Source: Amphritea sp.
GTDB lineage: Bacteria > Pseudomonadota > Gammaproteobacteria > Pseudomonadales > Balneatricaceae
DNA length: 64,000 bases
Reading direction: 5' to 3'
Assembly: GCF_050300915.1 (NCBI RefSeq)
Contig: NZ_JBNKYN010000017.1
Span: forward strand, 312-64,311
A model generated the notes under the pieces. That model was not told the DNA's origin. It did no database searches and saw nothing but the letters and a program-made list of their open reading frames with translations. The stretch's first letter is position 1, and every line of letters starts with the position of its first letter. Positions 11,850 through 25,088 of the stretch are shown here, piece after piece. Position numbers and translations under genes: made by a program.

Positions 11850-13064
11850 TTAGTGGTGAACCCATTCAACTTTGCTTAAATCAACACCGTCTTTATACAT
11901 ATCCCACAAAGGAGAAAGTTCGCGGAGTTTCCCAACTGCTGTACGAATCTCAACAACAGCTTCATCAATATCTTTTTCCGTCGTAAACCGACCAATGGAG
12001 AAGCGAATAGAACTATGCGCCATCTCATCATTCAGCCCCAACGCCCGCAGCACATAAGAGGGCTCAAGGCTCGCAGAGGTACAGGCAGAACCTGAAGATA
12101 CTGCCAGATCTTTCAGTGACATCAGCAGAGACTCACCTTCAACATAGTTGAAACTGACGTTCATATTACCGATGTAGCGCTGATGTTCAGAACCGTTCAG
12201 ATAGATCTCTTCCATATCGGACAGACCATCCCAAAAACGCTTGCGCAGAGCGGTAATCCGCTCTTTCTCCTGATGCATCTCAGCCTTGGCAATAGCCGCA
12301 GCTTCACCCATACCGACAATCTGATGAGTCGCCAGTGTACCGGAGCGCATACCACGCTCATGACCACCGCCATGCATCTGTGCTTCCAGGCGAACCCGGG
12401 GCTTACGCCGCACATACAACGCCCCCATCCCTTTGGGGCCGTACATTTTATGTGCTGAGAGAGAGATCAGATCGACCTTCATCTGCTCAACATCGATATC
12501 CACTTTACCGGCACTCTGGGCAGCATCAACATGCAGCAGTACACCCTTTGCCCGGGTAATCTCGCCAATAGCAGCGATATCATTGATTACACCGATCTCA
12601 TTGTTCACATGCATCACAGACACCAGAATAGTATCTTCGCGTAACGCCGCTGCAATGGCTTCCGGCTGGATAATGCCCTCTTTATCCGGATCAAGATAGG
12701 TCACTTCAAACCCTTCACGCTCCAGCTGACGACAGGTATCCAGTACCGCCTTATGCTCAATCTTAGAGGTAATGATGTGCTTGCCTTTTTTCTGATAAAA
12801 ATGCGCCACACCCTTAATTGCCAGATTATCAGACTCTGTCGCGCCGGAGGTCCAGACGATCTCTCGCGGATCGGCATGCAGCAGATCAGCAACCTGACGA
12901 CGGGCCGTTTCAACAGCTTCTTCGGCCTTCCAGCCATACACATGTGAACGGGATGCCGGGTTACCGAAATTACCGTCCATAGTGAGACATTCAATCATCT
13001 TGTCAGCAACCCGCGGATCGACCGGCGTCGTTGCAGAATAATCAAAGTAGATTGGTAATTTCAT
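11850..13064 (-). CDS. iscS: Cysteine desulfurase IscS
   Basis: [27 protein letters not shown]. Confidence 0.97.
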   Translation of the reverse strand: MKLPIYFDYSATTPVDPRVADKMIECLTMDGNFGNPASRSHVYGWKAEEAVETARRQVADLLHADPREIVWTSGATESDNLAIKGVAHFYQKKGKHIITSKIEHKAVLDTCRQLEREGFEVTYLDPDKEGIIQPEAIAAALREDTILVSVMHVNNEIGVINDIAAIGEITRAKGVLLHVDAAQSAGKVDIDVEQMKVDLISLSAHKMYGPKGMGALYVRRKPRVRLEAQMHGGGHERGMRSGTLATHQIVGMGEAAAIAKAEMHQEKERITALRKRFWDGLSDMEEIYLNGSEHQRYIGNMNVSFNYVEGESLLMSLKDLAVSSGSACTSASLEPSYVLRALGLNDEMAHSSIRFSIGRFTTEKDIDEAVVEIRTAVGKLRELSPLWDMYKDGVDLSKVEWVHH

Positions 13065-13096
13065 TGTCTATACTTCTCCAAATCCCGAGTCGCAAC

Positions 13097-13582
13097 TCAG
13101 GCCGTTACTTTTGCGGAAATACGTGAATCCTCAAATGGGGCGATATGCACACGCCCCTGGCGCTCAGCTACACTGCGAACGTCATTTCTTTCCATCAGGT
13201 CAGCCAGCGATATCTGACTTAAAAAATCATGAATCTGACTACTCAGATCACACCACAGATGATGCGTCAGGCACACATTACCATCATGACAACTACCAGT
13301 ATGCCCACAGCCCGTGGCATCGACTGATTCATTAACAGCATCAATCACCTGAGCCACATCAATATCCTGCTGCTCCCGGTTAAGCTGGTAACCGCCGCCA
13401 GGACCACGTACACTACGAACCAGTTCATTGCGGCGCAGCTTAGCAAACAACTGCTCAAGATAGGACAGGGAGATGCCCTGACGCTCGGAAATATCTGCCA
13501 GACTGACTGGTCCCTTTCCGGCATGTATCGCCAGATCAAGCATTGCTGTTACCGCATAGCGGCCTTTAGTCGTTAATCGCAT
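13097..13582 (-). CDS. iscR: Fe-S cluster assembly transcription factor IscR
   Basis: [11 protein letters not shown] start at 13582 (ORF-track extension overlaps the promoter); three Cys ligands in C-x5-C-x5-C followed by THHLW. Confidence 0.95.
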   Translation of the reverse strand: MRLTTKGRYAVTAMLDLAIHAGKGPVSLADISERQGISLSYLEQLFAKLRRNELVRSVRGPGGGYQLNREQQDIDVAQVIDAVNESVDATGCGHTGSCHDGNVCLTHHLWCDLSSQIHDFLSQISLADLMERNDVRSVAERQGRVHIAPFEDSRISAKVTA

Positions 13583-13635
13583 CACCAACCTCTCCGTCAT
13601 TCTTTGTGCTTCAAGGAAGCTTGATGCATTATGCA

Positions 13636-13685
13636 ATACCCAACCTTTTTGGTCAACTATTAAACCAACTAAAACAGTCAACTAT
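13636..13685 (-). promoter_or_regulatory. Two tandem 25-bp IscR type-1 binding sites upstream of iscR
   Basis: Minus strand reads ATAGTTGACTGTTTTAGTTGGTTTA then ATAGTTGACCAAAAAGGTTGGGTAT, resembling the known IscR autoregulatory boxes. Confidence 0.8.
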
Positions 13686-13716
13686 TAACCCTTTCTCTAT
13701 TGCCGCCCCAGGCGCC

Positions 13717-14466
13717 TTAATCTCGGCAGCGCTTCTGAATCGCCGACAACATTCCCCGCAGCACATTCACCTCTATCTTATCGGGCACCGCGCGCAGAAA
13801 CAGACGCCTCAGCCGGGGCATCAGATTTCGCGGTTTCTCTGGGTCAAGAAACTCAACCTCTGTGAGCATCTGTTCAAGGTGATCAAACATCAACTCCAGC
13901 TCGCGACTTTCCGCCAGCTCCACATCCCAGTCAGTTCCCCAGTCAGGCCTGGCGGCAGTCACATCAAACACATTAGCCATGCGCAACTCATAGGTAATCA
14001 CCTGAACAGCAGCAGCCAGATTCAGCGAGCTGAACTGCTCATTTACCGGGATATGAACATGCTGGTGACAACGCTGTAACTCATCATTAGTTAACCCCCG
14101 GTCTTCCCGCCCAAACACAATAGCCACCCGGGTAGTTTGCGGCAGCGGTGTTACAATCGCCGCCAACTCCCGTGGATTTACCAGAGGCCAGGGTATCGTC
14201 CGGCTACGCGCACTAGTCCCTACCACCAGGTGACAATCAGCCAGTGCGTCATCCAGGGTCTCAACAACCTGCGCCCGAGCCAGAATATCGTCTGCACCTG
14301 ATGCCCGGGCCAGAGCATCCGCATGGGGAAACTTTTTCGGTTTCACCAGACTAAGATCGGACAATCCCATATTCTTCATCGCCCGGGCGACACCACCGAT
14401 GTTGCCAGGATGAGTGGTATTAACCAACACGATTCGGATATTTTCCAGCATCTTTAACCCACTCAC
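13717..14466 (-). CDS. trmJ: tRNA (cytidine/uridine-2'-O)-methyltransferase TrmJ
   Basis: THPGNIGGVARAMKNMG, FGREDRGLTNDEL, SSLNLAAAV (SPOUT fold). Confidence 0.95.
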   Translation of the reverse strand: MSGLKMLENIRIVLVNTTHPGNIGGVARAMKNMGLSDLSLVKPKKFPHADALARASGADDILARAQVVETLDDALADCHLVVGTSARSRTIPWPLVNPRELAAIVTPLPQTTRVAIVFGREDRGLTNDELQRCHQHVHIPVNEQFSSLNLAAAVQVITYELRMANVFDVTAARPDWGTDWDVELAESRELELMFDHLEQMLTEVEFLDPEKPRNLMPRLRRLFLRAVPDKIEVNVLRGMLSAIQKRCRD

Positions 14467-14580
14467 TCAAAAAAGGGGCATATTTTATCAGATATTTGCC
14501 AACTATTAATCCCGGACTGTTCTTTATATGACAACTGTTTTGTATAATGCGCGTTTTGCTTCCCTTACTGGTATTTACAG

Positions 14581-15393
14581 ATGCAACCGATGGTTAATAT
14601 CGCCCTTCGCGGGGCTCGCGTCGCAGGTGAACAGATCACCCGTTCAGTCGAACGACTCGATCTGATCAAATCCGAACAAACAAGTGTGATCGAATTTCTC
14701 GAAGACACCTGCAAACAAGCTGAACGCACTATCGTTAACGCGATCCATAAGGCGTATCCGGAGCATCAGATCAACGGCGAATATACTGGTACACACAAGC
14801 CTGAAGACCGGGCTTGCGATGTTATCTGGACAGTCAACCCGATTGACAGCATCCAAAACTTCTCCAACGCCCTGCCGGTATTTGCCCTGAGCATCGCCTG
14901 CCATCAACGCGGTAAGCTTGAGCATGCGATCATTCTTAACCCCGTTACCGGTGAAGAGTTTACCGCCAGCCGGGGACGCGGCGCTCAGCTGAACGGTAAG
15001 CGCCTGCGGGTCAGCAACCGTAAACTCCTGGATAACTCCCTGATCGGTAGCGGATTCTTTGGTCGCAGCAGCGACAAAGCCCATCTGGACAGCTTCCAGC
15101 AAATCTTTAAAAACATCACCCTTGAGAGCGGCAGCATCTACAGCGGCGGCTCACCCGCCCTGAATCTGGCATACACAGCAGCCGGACGTCTGGATGGCTT
15201 TTTCCAGATCGGTCTGAATCAATGGGAGATGGAAGCAGGCATTCTGATGATCCAGGAAGCTGGCGGACTGTTGTCAGATTTCACCGGTAACAACACCTAC
15301 ATGACGTCAGGCAATCTGGTAGCCGGTAATCCGAAAATCCTCAAAGCACTGCTACAGAATATTCGTCCAGCACTGAACGATTCGCTCAAGTAA
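14581..15393 (+). CDS. suhB: Inositol monophosphatase family protein SuhB
   Basis: MQPMVNIALR start, NPIDSIQNF (variant of DPLDGT.NF), WEMEAG; divergent from trmJ as usual. Confidence 0.9.
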   Translation: MQPMVNIALRGARVAGEQITRSVERLDLIKSEQTSVIEFLEDTCKQAERTIVNAIHKAYPEHQINGEYTGTHKPEDRACDVIWTVNPIDSIQNFSNALPVFALSIACHQRGKLEHAIILNPVTGEEFTASRGRGAQLNGKRLRVSNRKLLDNSLIGSGFFGRSSDKAHLDSFQQIFKNITLESGSIYSGGSPALNLAYTAAGRLDGFFQIGLNQWEMEAGILMIQEAGGLLSDFTGNNTYMTSGNLVAGNPKILKALLQNIRPALNDSLK

Positions 15394-15412
15394 ACGCTTG
15401 CAGCACATATGA

Positions 15413-15510
15413 AACCGGGCGATGCCCGGTTTTTTTTCGCTGCACACCCCACCGAACAGCCAGATATTTCTAGCAGACACAAAAAACCCGGCAGAAAAAG
15501 CCGGGTTTTG
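15413..15510. terminator. Pair of terminator hairpins between convergent suhB and purA
   Basis: AAACCGGGCGATGCCCGGTTTTTTT and AAAAAACCCGGCAGAAAAAGCCGGGTTTT. Confidence 0.75.
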
Positions 15511-15553
15511 TCTCAAGCACTATGACTGCCGATAGTTACGTTACATGCAACTA

Positions 15554-16858
<1,305 letters not shown>

Positions 16859-16883
16859 CTAGCGATTAATCAATCAAAAAAAG

Positions 16884-18068
16884 TTACAGGCTCTCGAGAA
16901 CCCAAGCCCCATCCTGCTGCACCAACTGGTGAGTAAACTGCTGTGCATCTTCCACCACAGCATCATCCAGCAACGGCACAACACGCTCCCCCTGAGCTCT
17001 CAGCTTAGCCACAGCATCCAGAGCCGCAGAATCTTCGGTAGCCGGAACCCGCACAACCTTTCGTGCTGGCTTTTGCTGTGCTGCAGACAACTCTACAAGA
17101 GTTTTCAGATCAGCACTGAATCCGGTTGCCGGACGGGCACGACCAAAATCGCGCCCCACTTCATCATAACGACCACCCTTGGCAACCGCCTGCCCAAATG
17201 CCGGAACATAGGCAGCGAAAACCATACCGGTGTGATAGTTATAGCCCCGCAGCTCGCTCAGATCAAAATACAGATCAAGCTGCGGATAACGCCGCGATAT
17301 CTGCTCCGCAAGGGCATCCAGATAATCCAGCGCGTCAATAATCGATGCTTCAACATCAGCGAAACAGCTGCGTGCTTTTTCCAGCACCTCCCGACCACCG
17401 TGCAGGGTTGGCAGCACAGCCAGGTGTGACTTAACTACTTCAGAAAGACCAGACGATGCCAGGAAGCGTGCAATTTCAGGCATATCCTTACGCTGCAACA
17501 GTTCAAAGTACTCTGCTTCCTGATTAGCCGTTAATGCGGCCTCGCCCATCAAACCACGGTAGATACCCACATGGCCCAGATCGAGACTCAAGTCCTGATT
17601 AACCTGCATCGCATTCAGGGTTTCCACCATCAGCGAGATAATCTCAACGTCGCTGGCAACACCGGAATGACCAAACAGTTCAGCACCCACCTGTAGCGGG
17701 TTTCGAGACGCCAGCGGATTCGCTGGCAGGGTGTGCAGCACCGTGCTGCAATAACAAAAACGCACCGGCCCCTGATTACTCAGATGATTCGCATCAATGC
17801 GGGCCACCTGCTGGGTAATATCAGCGCGAATGCCAAGCATCCGGCCGGTCAGCTGATCGGTGACTTTAAAGGTGTTCAGTTCCAGATCGCGGCCAACCCC
17901 CACCAACAGGGAATCAAGATGCTCGATCAGCGGGGTCATCACCAACTCATAGCCCCAGGTATCATAGAGATCCAGCAAACGACGACGCGCCGCCTCCACC
18001 TTTTGTGCCTGAGGCGGCAGCACCTCTTTGACGCCGTCTGGTAACAACCAGCGTTCTGCCAACGACAT
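16884..18068 (-). CDS. hisZ: ATP phosphoribosyltransferase regulatory subunit HisZ
   Basis: WLLPDGVKEVLP, RADITQQVARID, GGRYD; position upstream of purA. Confidence 0.93.
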   Translation of the reverse strand: MSLAERWLLPDGVKEVLPPQAQKVEAARRRLLDLYDTWGYELVMTPLIEHLDSLLVGVGRDLELNTFKVTDQLTGRMLGIRADITQQVARIDANHLSNQGPVRFCYCSTVLHTLPANPLASRNPLQVGAELFGHSGVASDVEIISLMVETLNAMQVNQDLSLDLGHVGIYRGLMGEAALTANQEAEYFELLQRKDMPEIARFLASSGLSEVVKSHLAVLPTLHGGREVLEKARSCFADVEASIIDALDYLDALAEQISRRYPQLDLYFDLSELRGYNYHTGMVFAAYVPAFGQAVAKGGRYDEVGRDFGRARPATGFSADLKTLVELSAAQQKPARKVVRVPATEDSAALDAVAKLRAQGERVVPLLDDAVVEDAQQFTHQLVQQDGAWVLESL

Positions 18069-18091
18069 GTAACTCTCCGAAATACAGTGGA

Positions 18092-18289
18092 TCAGTTAAA
18101 TATATAAAGCAGGATGACGCCAGCCATCATACTTACAAAACCGGTTATGCGCAGGCCGCGGTTACTCACCAGCGCCAACTGATGAACCAGGTTACGCCAG
18201 CGTTGCGGATAGAGGAAAGGCATAATACCCTCCATCACCAGCATCAGGCAGAAACCGATCAGTAACTGGTGCCAGAGTTCAGAATGCAT
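18092..18289 (-). CDS. DUF2065 family small membrane protein (YjeT-like)
   Basis: LVMEGIMPFLYPQRWR...LRITG motif; synteny hflC-DUF2065-hisZ. Confidence 0.85.
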   Translation of the reverse strand: MHSELWHQLLIGFCLMLVMEGIMPFLYPQRWRNLVHQLALVSNRGLRITGFVSMMAGVILLYIFN

Positions 18290-18417
18290 TACCCACCTCA
18301 ACACAACGGCACAGCCGCCACATAAAAAAACCGGGTCAAAACCCGGTTACGGAATTCTACCACGGAACAGACGCTTTAGTGCAGCCTATTCCGCGGATTT
18401 TTTATACGACAATTGGC

Positions 18418-19299
18418 TTATTCCGCTGTCTTGCCATTGGAATTACCCAGATAGCGGAAGAAATCACTGTCAGGCTTGAGCACCATAATATCGCCCTGCT
18501 GATTAAACGCTTCTTTATACGCATTCAGACTGCGATAAAAAGCGTAAAACTCAGGATCTTTAGTGTAGGCCTCAGCATAGATACTGGCAGCCTTGGCATC
18601 ACCTTCACCACGCACCTGCTGCGCATCACGATAGGCATTCGCCTCAATAACCGCCTTCTGACGATCAGCATCCGCCTGGATACCCTCTGCAAGCTCCTTA
18701 CCACGAGAACGCAGTTCACGGGCTTCCCGCTCACGCTCAGTCCGCATCCGCTCATACACTGAAGCAGACACCTCCTGTGGCAGATCGATCTTCTTAACAC
18801 GAATATCGATCAGCTCAATACCCAGCTCTTCCTGAGTCTGAACACTCAATGAACTGACCAGTTCCAGCATGAGCTCATCACGCTCACCGGAAACCACTTC
18901 AGTCAACGTCCGCTCACCAAACTGATTACGCAGGCCGGCATCGACGTTGGGCAGCAGCAGCTCAGCCGCTTTATACTCATCACCCGATGTTGCGGTGTAG
19001 TATTTTAGCGGATCAGTGATACGCCATTTGATAAATGAATCAACGATCAGACGCTTCTTCTCAACGGTCAGATATGACTGAGGCTGCGCATCCAGAGTTT
19101 GCACCCGCCCATCAAACTTACGCAGCGTATTGATAATCGGCCAGCGGATATGTAAGCCCGGTTTGACATCCGGATTAACAATCTCACCGAACTTCAACAG
19201 TACAGCCCGATCAGTTTCTTTAATAATATACAGGGTGTTGAAACCAACCACGATGAGCAACAACGCGATCACTACACCCGCCATAGATTTACCTGACAT
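18418..19299 (-). CDS. hflC: Protease modulator HflC
   Basis: SPFH domain, EKKRLIVDS, RMRTERERE, DPEFYAFYRSL. Confidence 0.96.
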   Translation of the reverse strand: MSGKSMAGVVIALLLIVVGFNTLYIIKETDRAVLLKFGEIVNPDVKPGLHIRWPIINTLRKFDGRVQTLDAQPQSYLTVEKKRLIVDSFIKWRITDPLKYYTATSGDEYKAAELLLPNVDAGLRNQFGERTLTEVVSGERDELMLELVSSLSVQTQEELGIELIDIRVKKIDLPQEVSASVYERMRTEREREARELRSRGKELAEGIQADADRQKAVIEANAYRDAQQVRGEGDAKAASIYAEAYTKDPEFYAFYRSLNAYKEAFNQQGDIMVLKPDSDFFRYLGNSNGKTAE

Positions 19300-20489
19300 T
19301 AGCGTGTCTCCCGTGGGGTCGTTTGCTGGCGCTGACGAAGCTGTTCAACTACCTGATTGGTTACATCCCGTAGCTCAGAACTGCTCAACCGACTGGTATT
19401 AGTACCGGTTGCTGTACGGGGCCGGTTTTCAACCAGCTTATCCAGCGGCAGGTACATCATATTGTTACCACCTTCAACATCAATCAGCACTTTAGAGTTA
19501 TTAGCCAGCACGGTTTCCATCGCATCAAGATAGAGACGTTCACGGGTGACTTCCGGCGCTTTGCTATACTCGGCCAGCAACGAAGTGAAACGTTTCGCAT
19601 CACCCTCTGCCTGAGCTACAACCCGCTCGCGATAACCGCTCGCTTCCTCTTTCATCCGCTGAGCATTACCTCGCGCCTCAGGGACAATACCATTACGGTA
19701 AGACTCAGACTGGTTGATTGAGCGCTGCTCATCCTCACGCGCCTTGATCACGTCATCAAAGGCATCCTGAACCTGAGAAGGCGCTTTCGCCTCCTTAATA
19801 TTCACCTGAGTGATGCGCAAACCGGTCTGGTAGTCATCCATATAACCCTGGAGACGCATTTTTACGTCATTACCCAGCACTTCACGGCCGGCCGTCAGAA
19901 TAGAGTTCATCTCAGATGAACCTACGGTATGACGCAGCGCCGATTCAGAGGCATGCTGCAGACTCAGATTCGGATCACGAACTTTCAGAGCATAGTTAAC
20001 CGGATCAGAGATGACGTACTGTACAGTCATACTCACATCAACGATATTCTCATCCTCTGTCAGCATCAGCGAGCGATGCTCATAGGCGCTTACCCGGGTG
20101 ACATTGGCCGTCATAACATCATCGATCATCGGCGGATTCCACTGCAGGCCCGGCATCACCGTTTCATGATATTTACCCAGTCGCAGCACCACACCACGCT
20201 CCTGCTGATCCACAGTATAGAAGCCCATCACCGCCCAGCCGATCAGCAACACAACCACAACAACAGCCAGCAACCCGGCAGAAGAGCCGCCAGAAGGTCC
20301 GGAGCCAGAGCCGCCGTTACCTTTATTACCGCCGCTTTTACCAAATATACCGTTCAGCTTTTCCTGCAGCTTTTGCAGCGCTTCATCCAGATCAGGTGGC
20401 CCCTGATCCTTTTTACCACCACGGCGATCACCGCCGCTATTCCAGGGATCCTGATTATTCCCGTTACCACCAGGCTCATTCCAAGCCAT
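19299..20489 (-). CDS. hflK: Protease modulator HflK
   Basis: MAWNEPGG start at 20489, GPPDLDE, MLTEDENIV, VTRERLY. Confidence 0.96.
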   Translation of the reverse strand: MAWNEPGGNGNNQDPWNSGGDRRGGKKDQGPPDLDEALQKLQEKLNGIFGKSGGNKGNGGSGSGPSGGSSAGLLAVVVVVLLIGWAVMGFYTVDQQERGVVLRLGKYHETVMPGLQWNPPMIDDVMTANVTRVSAYEHRSLMLTEDENIVDVSMTVQYVISDPVNYALKVRDPNLSLQHASESALRHTVGSSEMNSILTAGREVLGNDVKMRLQGYMDDYQTGLRITQVNIKEAKAPSQVQDAFDDVIKAREDEQRSINQSESYRNGIVPEARGNAQRMKEEASGYRERVVAQAEGDAKRFTSLLAEYSKAPEVTRERLYLDAMETVLANNSKVLIDVEGGNNMMYLPLDKLVENRPRTATGTNTSRLSSSELRDVTNQVVEQLRQRQQTTPRETR

Positions 20490-20544
20490 ACTGTACTCCG
20501 TTATAGAACTGTTTAGATCGTTGAAAAATTGTAAGTAGCATAGA

Positions 20545-21864
20545 TTAACTATGCAACCACTCGGGTTTGTTAACATTAACGCCGAGGTATCTTTCCGGTG
20601 CAATGTTCATACGGCTTAACAGCTGCAGCAGATCTTTTTTCTGCATGCGTACTTCCAGATCAATGACACCCTGCTCATCCACCGCTTCATTCAAAACAGC
20701 GCCCTGAGCATACAGCTGAGCACGCAAACCACCCTCATCGGGCCTCAGGCTTAACTGCTCATGAAAAATATCATCAACCAATAACTCAGTGATCGCCTGA
20801 AACAGCAGATCAACACCCGCACCCGATACAGCAGACACCCATACTCGTACAGGTTTGCCCTCATCGTTACGGTCGATGCGGGCCTCCGCCCGTTCAAGCA
20901 TATCGATTTTGTTATACACCTCGAGCGTCAGCACCTCATCCGCGCCGATCTCTTTTAGCACCGAGTGTACTTCATCCATATGCGACTGCCGGTCTTCATC
21001 ATATGCGTCGATAACATGAAGCAGCAGCTCGGCTTCCGTAGTCTCTTGCAGAGTAGCACGGAATGCCTCGACAAGCTTGTGAGGAAGGTGACGGATAAAG
21101 CCCACGGTATCAGCCAGAATCGCAGGCCCGACATCGGTCAGATCGATACGCCGCAGCGTTGGATCAAGGGTCGCAAACAGCTGATCTGCGGCATACACCT
21201 CAGCGTCAGTGATACGATTAAACAGGGTGGATTTACCCGCGTTGGTATAACCTACCAGCGAGATTGTGGGTACCGCAGAGCGACTGCGGGCCCGACGCCC
21301 CTGTTCCCGCTGCTTGCGCACCTTCTCCAGCCGCTTAAGAATACTTTTAATTCTTGCCCGCAACAGACGACGGTCGGTTTCAAGCTGGGTTTCACCCGGC
21401 CCCCGCAGACCGATACCACCCTTCTGTCGTTCCAGGTGGGTCCAGCCGCGAATCAGACGGGTCGACATATGCTCCAGCTGTGCCAGTTCGACCTGAAGCT
21501 TACCTTCATGGGTGCGGGCACGCTGGGCAAAAATATCCAGAATCAGACCGGTACGATCCAGCACCCGACACTCAATTTCACGTTCGATGTTGCGCTCCTG
21601 ACCGGGGCTTAAACTGTGATTAAAAATCACCAGTTCAGCACCATGCAGGCGCACGAGATCTTTCAGCTCTTCAACCTTACCAGAGCCGATAAACGTTTGG
21701 GGGTTAGGGAGACTGCGAGACCCGGTAAGAAAGGCTACCGGATCTGCACCAGCAGACAGGGCGAGCTCTTCGAGCTCTTTCGGACTTTCACGGTCCACCT
21801 CATCTGCCATATCGATATGAACAAGAATGGCGCATTCGCCAGACTCAGGGCGCTCAAAGAACAA
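20545..21864 (-). CDS. hflX: GTPase HflX
   Basis: GPGETQLETDRR, GYTNAGKST, DTVGF, NKID. Confidence 0.97.
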   Translation of the reverse strand: MFFERPESGECAILVHIDMADEVDRESPKELEELALSAGADPVAFLTGSRSLPNPQTFIGSGKVEELKDLVRLHGAELVIFNHSLSPGQERNIEREIECRVLDRTGLILDIFAQRARTHEGKLQVELAQLEHMSTRLIRGWTHLERQKGGIGLRGPGETQLETDRRLLRARIKSILKRLEKVRKQREQGRRARSRSAVPTISLVGYTNAGKSTLFNRITDAEVYAADQLFATLDPTLRRIDLTDVGPAILADTVGFIRHLPHKLVEAFRATLQETTEAELLLHVIDAYDEDRQSHMDEVHSVLKEIGADEVLTLEVYNKIDMLERAEARIDRNDEGKPVRVWVSAVSGAGVDLLFQAITELLVDDIFHEQLSLRPDEGGLRAQLYAQGAVLNEAVDEQGVIDLEVRMQKKDLLQLLSRMNIAPERYLGVNVNKPEWLHS

Positions 21865-21872
21865 TGAATACC

Positions 21873-22145
<273 letters not shown>

Positions 22146-22227
22146 TCAGAAGTATAATTTTATCCGACGATACATAACGCTGTCACAAAAAAGCCGGACA
22201 GCCCAAAAATTATTTTTCAGTACTGCA

Positions 22228-23169
22228 TTATATAATGATCCCATCCAACAATTTCAAGGCATTATTGGTTAAATTAGGGTCTGCAGATTCAAAATGGTGC
22301 AGATTATCCCAACTACGCAGCCAGGTGACCTGCCGTTTCGCCAGTTGGCGCGTGGCAATGACACCTTTTTCGATCATTGTCGGGTAATCCCACAGGCCAT
22401 CAAAATACTCCCACATCTGCCGATAGCCGACACAGCGGACCGAAGGCATCTGCAGGTTCAGATCGCCGCGTTGCCACAGTGCTCTGACCTCAGCTTCAAA
22501 GCCTTGTTCCAACATGCTGTGAAAACGTTTCTCAATCCGCTCATGCAGGACTTTTCGCTCAGCAGGCATCACGCAGATCTGAGTGACATTGTAGGACAGT
22601 CGCTGCGCTTCCTGCTCCTGCCATAACTCGGTCATCGAACGCCCGGTCAGTTCGTAAACTTCCAGCGCCCGCTGCATCCGCTGCGGATCATTCGGATGAA
22701 TTCGTTGCGCGGCCTGAGGATCAACTTGCTGCAAACGCTGATGCAGAGACTCCCAGCCGTGCTGTTCCGCGTCTCTCACCAGGCGGTCACGAATAGCCTG
22801 ATCCGCCGGCGGCAGGGTAGCAAGGCCTTGCAACAGCGCCTGATAATAGAGCATCGTACCGCCTACCAGCAGCGGAATTCTGCCTGCCGCACAGATCTCC
22901 GCCATCTCCCGCAGGGCGTCGGCTCTGAAATCCGCCGCTGAGTAACTCTCAGCCGGATCCAGAATATCCACCAGCCGATGCGGATAACGGGCCAAAAACT
23001 CAGCATCCGGCGTAGCCGTACCGATATTCATCTCCCGGTAGATCATTGCCGAGTCGACACTGATGATGTCGCAGGGCAACCGGTCACACAGCGCCATCGC
23101 CAGATCTGTTTTACCCGAGGCGGTTGGCCCCATCAGAAAGATGGCCGGTGGTAACAGCTGATTACTCAA
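22228..23169 (-). CDS. miaA: tRNA dimethylallyltransferase MiaA
   Basis: [23 protein letters not shown]; TTG start placed at 23169 just after the mutL stop. Confidence 0.95.
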   Translation of the reverse strand: MSNQLLPPAIFLMGPTASGKTDLAMALCDRLPCDIISVDSAMIYREMNIGTATPDAEFLARYPHRLVDILDPAESYSAADFRADALREMAEICAAGRIPLLVGGTMLYYQALLQGLATLPPADQAIRDRLVRDAEQHGWESLHQRLQQVDPQAAQRIHPNDPQRMQRALEVYELTGRSMTELWQEQEAQRLSYNVTQICVMPAERKVLHERIEKRFHSMLEQGFEAEVRALWQRGDLNLQMPSVRCVGYRQMWEYFDGLWDYPTMIEKGVIATRQLAKRQVTWLRSWDNLHHFESADPNLTNNALKLLDGIII

Positions 23170-23170
23170 C

Positions 23171-25066
23171 TTACTGCCCCCGCATAAACAGGCTATCGAG
23201 GTCATGCATCGACATCTGCGTCCAGGTCGGGCGACCATGGTTGCACTGTCCGCTGCGCTCGGTGCGTTCCATATCCCGCAATAGCGCATTCATCTCCGGA
23301 ATCGTCAGCTGTCGATTGGCTCTCACCGACCCATGACACGCCATGGTCGCCAGCAGCTCATTCGTATGCTGCTGAATTTTCTGACTGCTGCCAAACTGAG
23401 TCATATCCCCCAGCACATCGAGTATCAGTTTACTGATATCAGCACTGGCGAGCGCCACCGGAACCTGCCGCACGACCAGGGTCTCCTCCCCCATCCGGGC
23501 GATCTCAAAGCCCAGCTTAGAGAACACCTCTGCCTGCTCTTCAGCGCAGTCAGCTTCCATCGAGCTGACCGCCATACTCACCGGCACCAGCAGCGGCTGA
23601 CTGCGCACCCCTTCGGCCTCATAGGCCAGCTTCATGCGCTCATATACCACCCGTTCATGGGCCGCATGCATATCCACCACCACCAGACCGGCATCATTCT
23701 GCGCCAGCACAAACACCCCGTGCAGCTGAGCGATCGCATATCCCAGCGGCGGGCATTCCGTATCATCGGCCTCAGGCATCGGCGCTGCGGGCAGCACACT
23801 AGCGGAATCCCGTTGCGGATGCAGTGCCCCGTAAGCGGATATCTGATCACGAATCTGACCGGCAACCGGGCGCTCAGACTGATAGCTGCGCGAAGCTATA
23901 AACCCTGCACCCCCTCCACCGCCAGCCTCACCCTGCATCTGATGCAGCGGCATGCGACTCTGCTCAAAGCTCTGCGGTGTCAGCGGCTGCCCCGGTGTAG
24001 CACTCAACAAACTGCTGGCTGCGGCTCCGGAGATAGCCGGTTCACTGCCCTGCTCCGGGCGGATATCAGCAATCACCCGATGGGTGGTGCGGAAAATAAA
24101 ATCATGCACCAGACGGGTCTCGCGAAAACGCACCTCATGTTTGGTCGGATGCACATTCACATCCACCAGCTTAGGGTCCAGCTCCATATAGAGTACATAG
24201 GCGGGATGACGCCCATGATAGAGCACATCCTGATAGGCCTGACGCAACGCATGGGCGACGACCTTATCGCGGATAATCCGGCCATTAACAAAGAAATACT
24301 GCAGGTCTGCCTGGCTGCGAGAGAACGTTGGCAATGCAACCCAACCCCACAGCCGCAACCCTGACGCTTCTGCGCAGACATCTACTTTCATCGAATTTTC
24401 AATAAATGCCGGAGACAGCAACGTCGATATACGCCGCTCCTGTTCTGCCTGGTTGCCAGCCGGACGCAGTTGATGGATCACTTTCTGGTTATGGCGCAGG
24501 GTAAAGCCGACATCAAACCGGCTCAGTGCCAGCCGTTTAACCACCTCTTCAAGATGTTTAAACTCAGTTTTTTCAGTTTTCAGGAATTTACGGCGCGCGG
24601 GGGTGTTAAAAAACAGGTCACGCACTTCAACGGTCGAGCCCTGAGGATGAGCCGCAGGAGAGACCTCAGCCGTCATATCCCGCCCCTCGGTCTGCACCTG
24701 CCAGCCCGCCTCCTGATCAGCGGTACGGGAGGTCAATGTCAAACGGGAAACCGAACTGATGGACGCCAGGGCTTCGCCACGAAAGCCAAGACTTTGTACC
24801 GCTTCCAGATCGTCCAGATTATAGATTTTACTGGTAGCATGCCGACTCAGCGCCAACGGCAGATCATCTTTTTCGATCCCCTGACCATCATCCCGCAAAC
24901 GAATCAGCTTGACGCCGCCCTGTTCGATATCCAGCTCAATCCGCCCCGCCCCGGCATCCAGACTATTTTCCAGAATCTCTTTCACAACCGAAGCGGGACG
25001 TTCAACAACTTCACCAGCAGCGATCTGGTTCGCAAGCCGGGGAGTCAGCAGGTGTATTCGGGACAT
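23171..25066 (-). CDS. mutL: DNA mismatch repair endonuclease MutL
   Basis: [40 protein letters not shown]. Confidence 0.97.
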   Translation of the reverse strand: MSRIHLLTPRLANQIAAGEVVERPASVVKEILENSLDAGAGRIELDIEQGGVKLIRLRDDGQGIEKDDLPLALSRHATSKIYNLDDLEAVQSLGFRGEALASISSVSRLTLTSRTADQEAGWQVQTEGRDMTAEVSPAAHPQGSTVEVRDLFFNTPARRKFLKTEKTEFKHLEEVVKRLALSRFDVGFTLRHNQKVIHQLRPAGNQAEQERRISTLLSPAFIENSMKVDVCAEASGLRLWGWVALPTFSRSQADLQYFFVNGRIIRDKVVAHALRQAYQDVLYHGRHPAYVLYMELDPKLVDVNVHPTKHEVRFRETRLVHDFIFRTTHRVIADIRPEQGSEPAISGAAASSLLSATPGQPLTPQSFEQSRMPLHQMQGEAGGGGGAGFIASRSYQSERPVAGQIRDQISAYGALHPQRDSASVLPAAPMPEADDTECPPLGYAIAQLHGVFVLAQNDAGLVVVDMHAAHERVVYERMKLAYEAEGVRSQPLLVPVSMAVSSMEADCAEEQAEVFSKLGFEIARMGEETLVVRQVPVALASADISKLILDVLGDMTQFGSSQKIQQHTNELLATMACHGSVRANRQLTIPEMNALLRDMERTERSGQCNHGRPTWTQMSMHDLDSLFMRGQ

Positions 25067-25088
25067 ATCACAGATTACAAATAATGGA

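Noticed and set aside
13583-13681. N-terminal extensions proposed by the ORF track for iscR, and likewise hflK, miaA, prfB, lptF, pepA and rlmN
   Set aside because: They overlap promoters or neighbouring genes, and homolog-like N-termini begin at the downstream starts used here.
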